Origin: Balanoglossus misakiensis
Taxonomy: Eukaryota; Animalia; Hemichordata
Direction: 5' to 3'
Length of the DNA: 64,000 nt
Assembly: GCA_040954595.2 (NCBI GenBank)
Contig: CM082598.2
Location: forward strand, 4,603,097 to 4,667,096
In this document: piece after piece, positions 14,172-26,106 of the stretch
Layout: every line of letters begins with the position of its first letter
Position numbering within the stretch: position 1 is the stretch's first letter
Notes under the pieces: generated by a model
The model's input: only the letters and a program-made list of their open reading frames with translations
Databases searched by the model: none
Told to the model about the DNA's origin: nothing
Position numbers and translations under genes: made by a program

Positions 14172-15123
14172 ATAACTTAGTCAAGAACCAGAGGAAAATA
14201 GTTAGAAACAAGTTGCTCATATAAACATCATTTTCATAAATGCAAAAAAAAGCGTTTGCTCTAGTGAGATGGAAAATCTATTTGCACTAATGAAAACGGT
14301 GTGTTTTATCCACCATCAGCCAATGCAAATTGCAATGCATTGTGATGGTATTTTTCTTACTTACCATTAGTCGTGTTAATGAGTGACAGAATTTATAAAT
14401 TAAGAAAATCATTTGAGAAAAGAGATCATTCGGATAGACATACATTGTGCATTGTGAATTTGGAGCAATATCATAATGTACAGGTAAGAACAAAAATATC
14501 TGTGGCCATGACGAATATACACATCGACTCTAATACACCCTATTATATTATCTGGTAATTATTTTTCAGTTTGAAAAATTTAGCAAACACAGTAGTATCA
14601 TTATCACTAACTCTTGAACAATATCAACTCTGATATCAATCACACAAAATATTTCAGTATGGTCACATGCCGATATAAATTTCCTGTGTAATATAAACAG
14701 ACACTCTTTGCAACTTTCCCTTAGATAGTGAAGGTTTTAACTGCCCTGTTATGAAAGACAGAAACAAGGTGAATGTCTAAAAAGTAGCATGTTTTAAGTT
14801 TTTTATGTTCTCGCATGGAAACCCCTGTTAACTAATATCACTTTACTGGGAGTCTCATGCTACTTTAAAAAAAAGCTTGTGACTAGAATAAATGGATTGC
14901 TGTCATTTAGTTGACTTGTTCAGCTAGGCCCAATCCAAAAGTAGATTTTAATTTTGCATTTTAATTTCGGGTGAAACTCTATCGTCACCCGATTGAAATT
15001 GGAGAATATTATTCTATATTATTATAGACATATACTTCATTTGATAAGTATTTCTAACACATCTAGCAGGCGAGAACAATTAATATAGTCAAGACTGTCA
15101 AACAGCCTTGTCAGAATTTGATA

Positions 15124-15330
15124 CTGTAAAACACTTTACTTTCGCGAGCAATAAATTTTCGCCAAATACACGAGAGCCAAAATAGGGTGAAAATAAAAAG
15201 TCGCGTACATTTTTTTTAAGATAACGATGCAGTGAATGAAATAAGGGAACGCGAAAATTAATACTCGCGAAACAGTGGCCTCTCTCGATATTGCGAAAAT
15301 TGTGACTCGCGAAAATAAAGTGTTTTACAG
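15124..15330 (+). mobile_element. MITE family A (~207 bp, TIR CTGTAAAACACTTTA..TTTCGCGA, TA TSD; Tc1/mariner-type), in the putative 3'UTR
   Basis: TA|CTGTAAAACACTTT ... AAAGTGTTTTACAG|TA. Highly similar to the copies at 46223 and 50571. Confidence 0.85.
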
Positions 15331-15377
15331 TAATTATAAGATGTGATTTGTGGAGACTGTTATGAAGTTTTGTAGAT

Positions 15378-15758
15378 TCACGATTTTCTTTCCACTTCGG
15401 GTGAGTAGTGAGACTCCTTCAGCCGCAACTGTTCGTGAGTCACCACGGTGCCCGCCTGCGGTTTGGCCTCCACCGTGATGATCTCGCTCTCTTCCCGGAA
15501 CTTCGACGACCCGGTGCTGGATCGGTGTTCCGGGTGGACGTTGTCCGGAAGCTGCTCTCCGGGCGCCGTCATGTCCTGCGCGCTGAGGTAGGCTTCCACC
15601 GACGCGCTGGAGTCGAGGGAGGCCGACAGGGGCCGCGTCTTCGACGACGTTCTCGCCGACGACTCGGAGGATGTGGAGGAGGTCGACGGATGCCGCACGT
15701 GCGTCGCGTGTGGTGTGGCGATTTCGTCTTCCAAGGGGTCGATTTCATCCTCCAAATC
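15378..15758 (-). CDS. WS/DGAT gene terminal coding exon: acidic, Ser-rich, probably disordered tail (DLEDEIDPLEDE...PEVERKS*)
   Basis: Acceptor ttctactttcag in phase 0, 126 open codons to TGA, GC-rich codon usage like the main exon. Confidence 0.85.
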   Translation of the reverse strand, partial: DLEDEIDPLEDEIATPHATHVRHPSTSSTSSESSARTSSKTRPLSASLDSSASVEAYLSAQDMTAPGEQLPDNVHPEHRSSTGSSKFREESEIITVEAKPQAGTVVTHEQLRLKESHYSPEVERKS

Positions 15759-16193
15759 CTGAAAGTAGAATAGAGTTTACGTATCATGAAATTTTAATGA
15801 ATTGTACACCACAACATCTTTGATGCTCAAATTGTCCCTTGTTCAAACCTCCATCAAGTCAGGCCATTAAATATATATTTGTGATAGAAAAATATACAAA
15901 ATATATGCCATGTTTATAAACTTAATATCACAATGATGAGTCACAATGACATATTTAGCTCTCAAAAAAGTGCTTTTATACTCTGCTGGTGGGTTTTTTC
16001 ATGTTTTTATCACAATGACAGTTATTGTACAGTTGCCTTTATTATAGATTTTAGTTTAGAAAAACTTTGCCAGCTTAATCTGAAAGTAGCAGGCATTATT
16101 CTCATTGCACTATTTTTAGAGTGGAAATTCATTATTGTCTCGTTGTTAAATGGCCAGATTTGGAATTATCACAGAGAAATTTGTGCATCTTAC

Positions 16194-16274
16194 TTCGTCA
16201 GCATCTTCGTCAAAATCTCGCCGCCTTTCTCCAGGTATGCGTCTGTTTGCCAGTAGCTGTGACATATTTTCCAT
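16194..16274 (-). CDS. WS/DGAT gene internal exon, 81 nt (MENMSQLLANRRIPGERRRDFDEDADE)
   Basis: Acceptor cttctctactgcag, donor GAA|gtaaga, open in phase 0/0, matching both neighbouring exons. Confidence 0.85.
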
Positions 16275-16765
16275 CTGCAGTAGAGAAGTTAATAATTGAA
16301 GTCAACGTTTGCGAACGCTTCGGTCAGTTTCACTTCTTGCGTTTCTGAATTCATGAATGCAGCTGAAATTACTTCAACAGGAACCTAGCATTGGAAACCT
16401 CTAAACATATAGCATTTTAGTCTGGGACTTTCAAACTTGTGTATATACACGGGGGCAACTTATTATGAAACAGCTACACGTTTTAGTGCTAATTAATTAT
16501 GTGAAATATACATACAAAAATATCACCTTTGTTTTCAGTCACCATCACATTCACTGTCGTTGCAAAATAATAACATTAGCAAATAATTGCAAATTAATTG
16601 TAAATAATGTTGAAATAGGCAAATGACAAAAATAACTGAAAATTGAAAACAAAACCATAGTCCCTTTTGATGAAATGTGAATAAACAAAGGATTGCATGC
16701 AATTGCATTTTGATGATGATCTCACCTCATACACACAACTACTATTAGTCTATTATACAACTTAC

Positions 16766-18447
16766 CTGTAATTCAAAATCTTTGGTCACCACTTCAGGAT
16801 TGGGCATGACAGCTTCATCAGCAATGACAGCTATCCTCACCTGTTCGGCGTAGCTCAGCGCAGAAATGCTGACGGCGACCTGGTCCCTGGGTGGCATCCA
16901 GTACGTCATCAGTTTTATCCTTCGCCCTCCGAACGTCAACGGCTGGCTTGGTCCTGGCATGTTGGAGATCAAACAACTCACTTTATTGTTGATGAAATTC
17001 AAGATCTTGTGCGACACCGACTCCGGTAGGAGAGTCAGCATGACGTGAACCGCGCCGTACAAGACGACAGGATCTGCGGAGTTCTTCAGCTCTTCCATGT
17101 CGTGCTTGGTTTTCCACAATCGGGGTATAGCGCCCTCGGTGTTGGTCGGCAGCGAATGGTCGATCATGGCGTACTGGTTGCCAAGGGTGATCGAGCTGGA
17201 GTCGGTTCTCAGATCCATGGGCATGACGGCGTGCATATTGTACGGGTTGGGGATGCCTCGCGACTGCATGTAGGTCCGCAGGCTGCCGGAGATCGCCGCG
17301 ACTACCACGTCGTTCAGCGTGCTCCTGGTGACCTGTTTCACCCGGAATGCAGCCGGAAAACTGATGGGATCCGACCACGCCACCACCTTCCTCCCGCTGA
17401 GCAACGGCCCGTGGAGGATATTCAAATCTCTTCTGGGAAAGAGCAGCTTTCCCAGAAAGATCAGCGGCCCGGCCACAGTCGCCCGCAACCCGTTGAAAAT
17501 TATTGCACCGCCACCAAAACGTGGCTTCAACACATCAGCAGGGTGGATATCCGAAACGGACTTACAGAATATTCTTAAGAGACTGATGCCGTCTGTTAAG
17601 CACGGATGCATCCTGAATAATACAACGGTATCTTTCTCCTTATCGACGTTCACCGCGATATGTACGTCCCACGGCGGTTTATCTAAATTTATCTCCTTCC
17701 CCGCCATGGCGGCGATGTAGGTTTTCAGATCCGTCTCCGTCTTGACGGACGTCGGCATTTGAAAGACGTGATCGTCCAGGCTGAAATCGCAGTCGTCCAC
17801 CCAGCCGTATCCCGAATACAGAGGCACAACTTTCTGCAGGAAGCGGGGGTACAGTTTCCGTCCGCGGCGGTTCTCGGCCGATACCAGCCGGGCGCGGAGC
17901 AGATCCCGCACCCGGGCGACGTCCATCCCCCCTTCCATGACGACCAGGCACTGCACCACCATCTTGTTGAACTGCGTCTCGTGCAGCCACTGCGCCTCGG
18001 TCACGGTCAGCATCCGCGAGCAGCAGCACGCGCACACCCGATTCTCCCCGCAGCAGCAACAGCACGCTGCAAACCTCCTGTACAAGAAACCAACCGGCAC
18101 CAGCAACAGAAGCAGCGCAATCGACGGGCAGAACAGCACTAACGCAGCGATCAAAAAAATCAAACTCAAAATGAACGAGAAGAGTAGATTCTTCTCCACC
18201 GGGTGTTTAAGTCTTTTGATCGGCGCAGTCGCGTACATTTTGCATTGGCCGTTCTGGCGGTACACTGTATCGTCCTTAGTGACGGCGGCATCACTGAAAC
18301 CCAGCTTATCGGTGCTGCCGTAGGATTTGCCGGTCTTGCGACATTCATGGCCGAGATATTCCTGACTTTGACTTCTAGATGTCTTATCGCTTGTTGGTTG
18401 AACTGACACTGAGTTGTTGGCACTGAAAAGGTTGTCTGGTGTACTGC
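16766..18447 (-). CDS. WS/DGAT-family (wax ester synthase/diacylglycerol O-acyltransferase, AtfA/WSD1-like) main coding exon, 1682 nt
   Basis: 572-aa ORF with WS/DGAT hallmarks: W..D.DF.LDDHV, LDKPPWDVHI, catalytic motif RMHPCLTDG (17588-17611), TLNDV...AISGSLRTYM, PMDLR...LGNQ, ISNMPGP. Acceptor tgtgtttcttttcag at 18448 (phase 1) and donor CAG|gtaagt at 16765 (phase 0). Visibly GC/CpG-richer than the flanks. Confidence 0.93.
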
Positions 18448-18515
18448 CTGAAAAGAAACACATGTGGTTTTAACTTCAGATTCATAACCTTGAAAATCAA
18501 AGTCTTATAAACCCC

Positions 18516-18690
18516 TTAAAGGAACAAAGTCTCTCTCTCTTGTTGCCCTTAAATCCATTAATTATGTTTGATACAAGACACTGTTTATGTTTATGTACAT
18601 GTGTATATGAAGTGAATAAACGTTCAACTACACATAACTTCCATCCTTGTTTGTAGGATATGAGAGTAAAAACTCGCCCAAAATGAATGT
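18516..18690 (+). mobile_element. Family C half copy (one arm), just upstream of the main WS/DGAT exon
   Basis: TTAAAGGAACAAAGTCTCTC...CCCAAAATGAAT, then unrelated sequence. Confidence 0.75.
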
Positions 18691-19821
18691 ATCGAAGACA
18701 CGTGTAGGTTACTAGACAGACTGGCGCCTGTTGGTTTCTTTTGGTTAACAGCAGGTTTGTGAGATTTAATGTCTACCTGCCGTCTCCCTGAAGAAAGGTG
18801 CGTAGTTGACCAACGTGTTGATGTAACTCACTAACTGACAGCCTTGGGGGTCTCTCCATTGTTCTGATTGTAATCACTAGGGCTTTCAATTCGACGACAG
18901 ATTGATATCTGCCATGTAAAATTATATACCCCACTGGTATATGCTCTAAATTGAAACACAAGTTTCCTGTCTTCAAGGAACGGCAGTTTGAAGATATTAA
19001 ATTCGGAAATAGATTGGTAATGTTATCTTGTAGATGGTTTGTCTAGATAATTGCCCAATAGGAAGTTTGATGTTCCATCAAATGACACTGAACACGTGCT
19101 CATTTGCGCACGGACCAAGCCAACAAATTACATAAGGGGGGAACCATTAACTTTCTGACGGGAGGGGGGGGGGAGATTTTTGTAGAAAATAATTGTTGGC
19201 AGATGGTGCAGAGGAAAAATAATTACTTCTGCATTGCCTTGAGAAAAAAGCTGGACTGGCAATCGAAAAAAATACTAACAGACTCTAATCCTCCCCCTCC
19301 CATGAAATCAAATGCATCTCCCCTAATATAGGCTGTGCTATCGATTACGCAGACCACGTTGGGGAAGTAATAACTGCCATCGTTATGGTTTTGATTCTAA
19401 TAATTGGTTGCAGTATCAGGTGGAGTTTGAGGATTTGATAATCAAGAATGAATGGAAACAACGTAGACACAACAAAGAAAAGTCAGACAATCTCCTGAAA
19501 TATTAATACAGAGAACAGTTGACTGATGGGCATTATATAATAATAATGGCGATTGTATCTCAAGTGAAATTGAAGTGTGCTGTAGTTACTAGTAACAACC
19601 GAATGTTTCTTCTTAAGATGATTTCCAGGAAGATTAATATCATTCAGTATTTATGTACCGGTATATTGTTACTTATTAAGCAGTTTGTTCTTTTATCCAG
19701 GTAGGCAGATGAAAAAAAAATCATGCAAGCAGACAGGCTAAACTTCAATAATAATTTTGTACTGTAATAACATTGAAGTCGTGAGGATTAAAATTGCAGT
19801 AAATAAATCAATTGGAATTAC

Positions 19822-19974
19822 CTTTTCTTTGTGACAGGTTTGGTGAAGGTTGCTCCAAGAGTTGTGCAGACAGTCGACGTTCTGCCCACAGAGTTTCGCC
19901 ATTACCAGCTGCCATATCATCAGGGACGACTTTGTTGATCATGCAGATAGACACATCTGTGGTGTATGGAATAT
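19822..19974 (-). CDS. WS/DGAT gene upstream exon, 153 nt, phase 1/1; contains candidate start ATG at 19942 (MINKVVPDDMAAGNGETLW...)
   Basis: Strong acceptor ctgtttctctcttgcatcttccag, donor AAG|gtaatt, fully open in the frame that continues into exon 16766-18447. Confidence 0.75.
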
Positions 19975-20082
19975 CTGGAAGATGCAAGAGAGAAACAGTA
20001 CGTCATAAGAGAAAACAATCAATTAGAAGAGGCAAATATATGCATAAATGTGAATCTTGTCAGAGTTGGAAAATACATTTTT

Positions 20083-20123
20083 ACATACATACATACATAC
20101 ATAAAAACATACATACCGTACAA

Positions 20124-20154
<31 letters not shown>

Positions 20155-20234
20155 CATACATACATACATGCATACATACATACATACATACATACATACA
20201 TACATACATACATAAAAACATACATACCGTACAA

Positions 20235-20265
<31 letters not shown>

Positions 20266-20326
20266 CATACATACATACATACATACATGCATACATATAC
20301 ATACATACATACATACATACATACAT
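20083..20326. repeat. (CATA)n microsatellite with a duplicated interruption (cataaaaacatacataccgtacaatta, twice)
   Basis: Direct reading. Confidence 0.97.
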
Positions 20327-21780
20327 GTAAGGTGTATGCACTAATTGTCAACATAACAAGATGAAACCTATTCAGGGAACCCAACCCCTTGCTGTGAATT
20401 AATTGTTTTCATTTGGGATTTAAGATGTCTCTCATTATGGGTAATTATAATCTGACAGTTCAGATGAGTTAATGAAGGCAATGTTTGCTGTCAATCAATG
20501 TCATTTTCCCCCGCGAAGGTCTTTGCTCTCTGAAAATGAGAGCCAGACTGTAGTCGAGCTAACGACCCATGCGAGCGGACGATGATCAATATTGGTTCTT
20601 TAGGACATACAGTCATGACAAATAAACTACACTGCCTCATACAAAGCATATCCAAGTTCACCGAGAGTACAGGAATACTAAATACTGCTGAGTTCTGACA
20701 ATCATCACTTGAAGAAAAACACACACACTTGTCTAGGAGACACTTACTAACATTTTCATAGGGGTGGACTCGATTATTTGCGAACCAACTATTTTCCACT
20801 CTCGTTTTCCCAAACCTGTGTTTATACCTTTTGTTTGTGTTAATTTGTACATTTCTGTTTCTTCTTCTTTTCTCATATGAAATATCTTTCTTTTTAAATC
20901 GGGAATAAAGCATTATTATCTTTTTTTTTTAATCTGTATATAAGCAAGAGAAAAGTAAACACACACCAGATGTGAAATGAATGTCCTCCACAAACTATCA
21001 GTTTCCTGTCATGTTCAAGTGATCATACTTTTCCCCTTATATAGATTGCAGTGCTCCTTTTAATTGGCGACATTGACAAACCATTAGCAGACGAATGCGC
21101 ATCCTTATTGATCTTTGACATCATTTATTTCGAGCGCGGGACACAATTGCTATTCAGATTTCAGATGCCTTGGAGGTATTAATGATTTCTATTGCAACAT
21201 ACCTGCGAAGATTCCACGATTTGGTCGTTAGACGCTATTCGATTCCAATTAAACGCTGGCAGGTCTCAGTTAACACCTTTCAATCTCCCTTCGCATGAGT
21301 CTTAACATGGCGTGTCCCAGCAACTCTTTTGACGCTTCGGAGATTCTTTCAACTTTGAGATCACACAAGCACGTTCAGTGCACATACTGTAGCCGTGGGA
21401 AGGTGTTGGGCTTCTTAGAATTTACTTGGCATAATCTTCGCGCTGGACAATAACAGCTATCCCACCTCAGGCTGCAAAGAACAGAGATGATAAAATGATT
21501 ATTCCCTGACAATAGCACACTGTACCAGTAGGTCCTTGGTTGCAATGATGATATAACATGTTGGGGAAAACAACATATTCTAAAAATAATGTCACGACTC
21601 TCACTGGCGTCAACCTCAAATCCTGCAGGTGATGTCTTGTATCAGCAAGATTGATTTTTATAAAGGAACCTTCTTCAGAAAATTCTGTATCATAGGTATT
21701 ATTTGAGAACATCTGCATTAATTGCCACACAAATCACTTTTCATTATGGTGCTTTAACATGGGGGTATAAAAACAAGTGG

Positions 21781-21972
21781 TTAAAGGTACACAGTCACCT
21801 CCAATATGCCCATATATGGCTGAAATGGAGTATTTCAGTGTTCTAAAGAACAAATGGGGTGCTCTTTTTTTTCGCGTGTGCCACCCACTAAAAATCTGTG
21901 ATTGGCTAGATCTACCGTAAATTTGCCATGGTAACTGTAGCTAAATTTTCATAGGTGACCGTATACCTTTAA
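21781..21972 (+). mobile_element. MITE family B copy
   Basis: TTAA-flanked, same TIRs and body. Confidence 0.8.
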
Positions 21973-22422
21973 TCTGGTCAGTAATTAACTGTTCAGAGTT
22001 TGCGAAATCAATGCAAATTTATACGAACACAAATCATGCCTAGGCCTGTGGCATTTGAAAGACACATGCCACTCAAAAACTTGTTGTTTTTATCTACGAG
22101 GTCATATGATAATACACCGTCTGTTAAATTACCCTGGTGCTAAGACCGGTCGATAGAGATTTATCCTAGCATTAATTTTCATTCCATTTCATCAAGACGA
22201 ACTTTTATTCAATCCTGTAGTAGCTACATCCATGAATTTTTCATAAATGTCAAACACGCACAAATGCATTAAGAGTCGGTTTGCGGTACTGTATTCAAAA
22301 AATAACATTCCATTTCCCAAGCATGATTACTATTTCAACACCTTTCTCTCTCTTGAGATTGCTGTATCCTGCTTTCAAGATCATTCTCTGAGCTGAAGCA
22401 CTGAACAGGAAAATCTGTAGCC

Positions 22423-22613
22423 TTAAAGGTAAACGGTCACCTATGGAAAATTAGCTATAGTATCCATGGTGAATTGAGATGTAGCCAATCACAGATTTTC
22501 CATGGGTGGCACACGCGAAAAAAAGAGCGCCACCATATTTCCTTTAGAATGCTCAAATACGCCATTTCTGACATATATGGGCGTATGTATATTTGAGGAC
22601 TGTATACCTTTAA
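22423..22613 (-). mobile_element. MITE family B copy, inverted relative to 21781 and 450 bp away
   Basis: Reverse complement of the family consensus; TTAA flanks. Confidence 0.8.
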
Positions 22614-24044
22614 CAATTAAGATGCGCAGTTGATTATGATAACAAATTCGGCATAGCACGTACTGTATGCGTGTACTGACAGTAACCTGAAAGCGCACGA
22701 GGACAAAAGAAAAATTTGCAAATGTGCTCTTATAATTCTCAGTTGATTAAGGTAATTTTTCTCATCTTGAGCAGCATCAACGAGACACCTTGCGCGATAG
22801 ACTCGAAGCCAGCTGGAAAGGTATCCCCCACCCACTCCCACCCCACTTCCACGAACTTTACTGACGTTCATAATTTAACCATTTTTCTCCTGGTTTACGT
22901 CACACGACAATTTGCCAAATGTCAAGCTGACAACCAACAAACTCGCATCTCAAATTTGAATGGTATTTCGATGATAGCTGAGATTTAGACGCAACCTGGG
23001 CAATCATTCTTGCCACAAAGGATAGCTTTGCGTCAAACGTAGGCTGATCAGTAGAAAGGAAATGGGCCATTCTCCAAACTGTGCTAGCTTCACAAACGAG
23101 ACAGCCAGAGATGAGAAAACAACAAATACAATCAAAACCAGCTGACGTAACCTGATCAACCTAATCATGTTCAAGTCACTTCACTCAAATGAACTATTTC
23201 CTGGAAAAGAGAAAATATTGAAATGGATGGAAAACACCGTCAGGTTGTCTTGACTTGAAATAAAAAGATCCCTTGAGAAAATGCAGTGAATGACATATGA
23301 TCTTTTTAAAACATTTATCCAAAAATTCTGATAATGACATGTCAGCTGGGTTTACTATTCTTATCTTATCGATTGATATTTCCAATTCAGCATCATCGAT
23401 TATGAAGTTTTCTGATATGAAGTCTTCAGAAGGGTTTTGTTCTGTCAAGGAAATCGGTTCGATCAATTTCTTGTCCAATCTCAAAGGGGTAGCTTAATAT
23501 ATTTCATTTGTATGTAAGTCTGCTACAACTAAGGCAGATGGTGCATGTACATGTATTAACCTTGACTTCAAAATCCCAGGGCTTAGTTGGAATTAAACTT
23601 TGTATAATGCATAAGAACATACACAAGCATTGTGTAGTATGCAATTAATTTTCCAGACCGCCTTAATGAAATTAATTGGCGAAAAAGGGGGCAAATTTGA
23701 ACGCGAGTGTAATGAGTGCTAAGTGTTCTTGATTCCGTTATCAAATGAAAAGGTCACCTCTCAGCCAGGGTAAACAAAAATGACAAAAGGTCATAACTGT
23801 CAATCTAGTCACGCTCTAATGAATTTTAATTATGTCAACCATTTTTCATAATGACATACACAGTCTCATTTAAGTGCAATTTTACATACACGTTAAGCAA
23901 AGTGATGTTTTAACTGTTGTGAAAATACCTTAATTACAATCAATATGGCGACGGGAAATTCTACAATCTGGTGTTCAAAAATAAAGATAGGCTGTCATCT
24001 CATCAGTATTACTCTTAGTGAAGACATTACTGCTTTTCCAGTTC

Positions 24045-24232
24045 TTAAAGGGACAAAGTCTATCTCTCTCGCTGCCCTTTTTCCATTAATTATGTTTGAT
24101 ACAAGACACTGTTTATGTTATTCTACATGTGGATATGTGGTGAATCAACGTTCGACAACACACAATCTCCATCTCGCTTGTAGACATGAGAGTGAAAAAC
24201 TCGCCAAAATGAATAATCAGTGTTTACCATTT
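24045..24232 (+). mobile_element. Family C half copy (one arm plus loop)
   Basis: TTAAAGGGACAAAGTC...AAAATGAATAATCAGTGTTTACCATTT, then unrelated sequence. Confidence 0.75.
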
Positions 24233-25005
24233 AATACAGTTTACTAGCACACAGTGTACATTTTGCTTGGTATTCAAATTAATGCACTGTTCATTTTGCT
24301 GTCGGTTGATGATTGGTAAATTATTGGTATATGTAAATGAACTGTTAATAATGACCATTAAAAGCTGTTAAGATCCTACATGAGTCAAACCTTAAACACA
24401 TTACTCGTTGGTATAGATGCATAGGAAATTAAACATCCCTTGAAATCTTGCCATGCTTTGAGTGTTTGTTCAATAAAACGTGCACAAGTAAAGTTATTTT
24501 CGAATTAAGAAGATGCATAGAGTCTGATATATTTTCACTTAACAGCACAATAAATTCACTGCAATACAAGAGCTTCCAAAGCAACTCATTACTTACGTTG
24601 CATTATACTTTATGAAAGCATCGATGCATGCGAAAAACTGTTGAGCGGAAGGCAATCTAAGAACGCTATGTCCTAATGAGCTGATCAGAAATCACCAACA
24701 GAATGAGTTTAAAATGGAAAGGTGTCACAAGTAATTTCAAAAAGTGTTTGCTCGAGGAAAAATGAAAGATGACAAGGGGCAGATATGGTATACCCAGAAA
24801 ACAGGCAATATCAATATAACACACTCTCTGTTAAAATTTGCAATATAGAGTATTCGACTGATGTAAAATGCCCAAGGATATGAATTCCTCAAGCATTGTA
24901 CGGTTAGCGAAGTAGCTAGATGGTGAAAATTGCAGTCGCATCACTGACCAACTAGAAAACAGGAAATACAGGCAGTAGGTAGAAGTTGTGTATCGTCAGA
25001 GATTA

Positions 25006-25213
25006 CTGTAACAGATTATTTTTGTGAGCAATAAATTTTCACGAAATACGCGAGAGCCCAAAAAAGGTGTAAATATAAAGTAGCATAAAATGTTTTTTTG
25101 GAGATAACGAAATAGTTAGTAATATACAAGAATGCGAAAATTAATCCTTGCATAACAGTTGCCTCTTTTGATATCGCGAGAATTTTCTGTTGCGAAAATA
25201 ACCCGTTTTACAG
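25006..25213 (+). mobile_element. MITE family A copy
   Basis: TA|CTGTAAC...gagcaataaattttc...cgagagcc...GTTTTACAG|TA. Confidence 0.8.
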
Positions 25214-25701
25214 TACGCAACAAAGCTTTTTTTAACAATCTCGATATCGATATCGTCTTGTTTTCAAGAGCACTTGTAAAATTTGCAAATACTCTCAATA
25301 CAGTGTTTTTAACTTGATGACATTTCCCAGCTTACTTAAGTGCAAAGTACTTTTATAACATATTGTTATTTTAATTTGACTGTGAACCATGCCGATTCAG
25401 ATGTTAGTCCTACCGTACTCAGTGTCACAACATACGATTGGTTATTCAATACAAGTATAGTACACCCACTTAATCCATCACATGTAGCCAGTTTCAGAAG
25501 CTTTAAACTTTATAGTCAACCCTCATAAAATTTATGTCTGTATAAAGAAGGCGATTCTGGTGTTTTTCGCACGGTACTATTATTTTATACAAGTTAGTGG
25601 GCCTAATGCGAGAATATGTGTTAAGTATTATAAACATATTGGAAATGAGTGCTCTGAGTACATTGTTATGTTTCAAAATATTGTAATAGGTTACCTACTA
25701 T

Positions 25702-26106
25702 CAGTGTTCGAAATTCGTAGAAAATATCAACCAGTCACTAGGACTGGCAACTTCAAAAAGTTGCCAGTCCTGCCAAAAACTTACCAGTCCTGATATTATG
25801 CCTTACAATTAAATGTAATCAAATACAACTGAGAAGCTATTACCTCATCTGTGAACAATTGAAGATGGGATGGAATCATCTTTCTCTTTACATTACTTTG
25901 ATTGAATAATTTTCGTGCTTTTACATCATTGTTTCTTTTATTTGCAATACATGAACTGAGGAAAGTCTAAGAGATACCATGATACCACTGGTCAACTCCC
26001 ACGCTAAATTCAACCTGTCTGTCGGACTGGTAACATTTTATTTTTACCAGTCCTACAGAAAAACAGCCAGTCTCGGACTGTCGGACAGGCTTTATTTCGT
26101 ATACTG
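25702..26106. mobile_element. 405-bp non-autonomous TIR element with 7-bp TSD (CTACTAT); P- or hAT-like
   Basis: CTACTAT|CAGTGTTCGAAAT ... ATTTCGTATACTG|CTACTAT; subterminal CCAGTC/GGACTG repeats at both ends. Confidence 0.75.

Noticed and set aside
16866-18423. Long alternative-frame and antisense ORFs overlapping the WS/DGAT exon
   Set aside because: These are expected shadow ORFs of GC-rich coding DNA and have no recognisable motifs.
21203-21420. Minus-strand donor CAG|gtatgt in a mildly CpG-rich patch
   Set aside because: There is a stop in the WS/DGAT-compatible frame. It could be a non-coding first exon, but the evidence is too thin to call.
23194-23484. 96-aa acidic ORF (MRLDKKLIEPISL...)
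   Set aside because: It has a TTG start, no compatible splice sites were found and no domain is recognisable.
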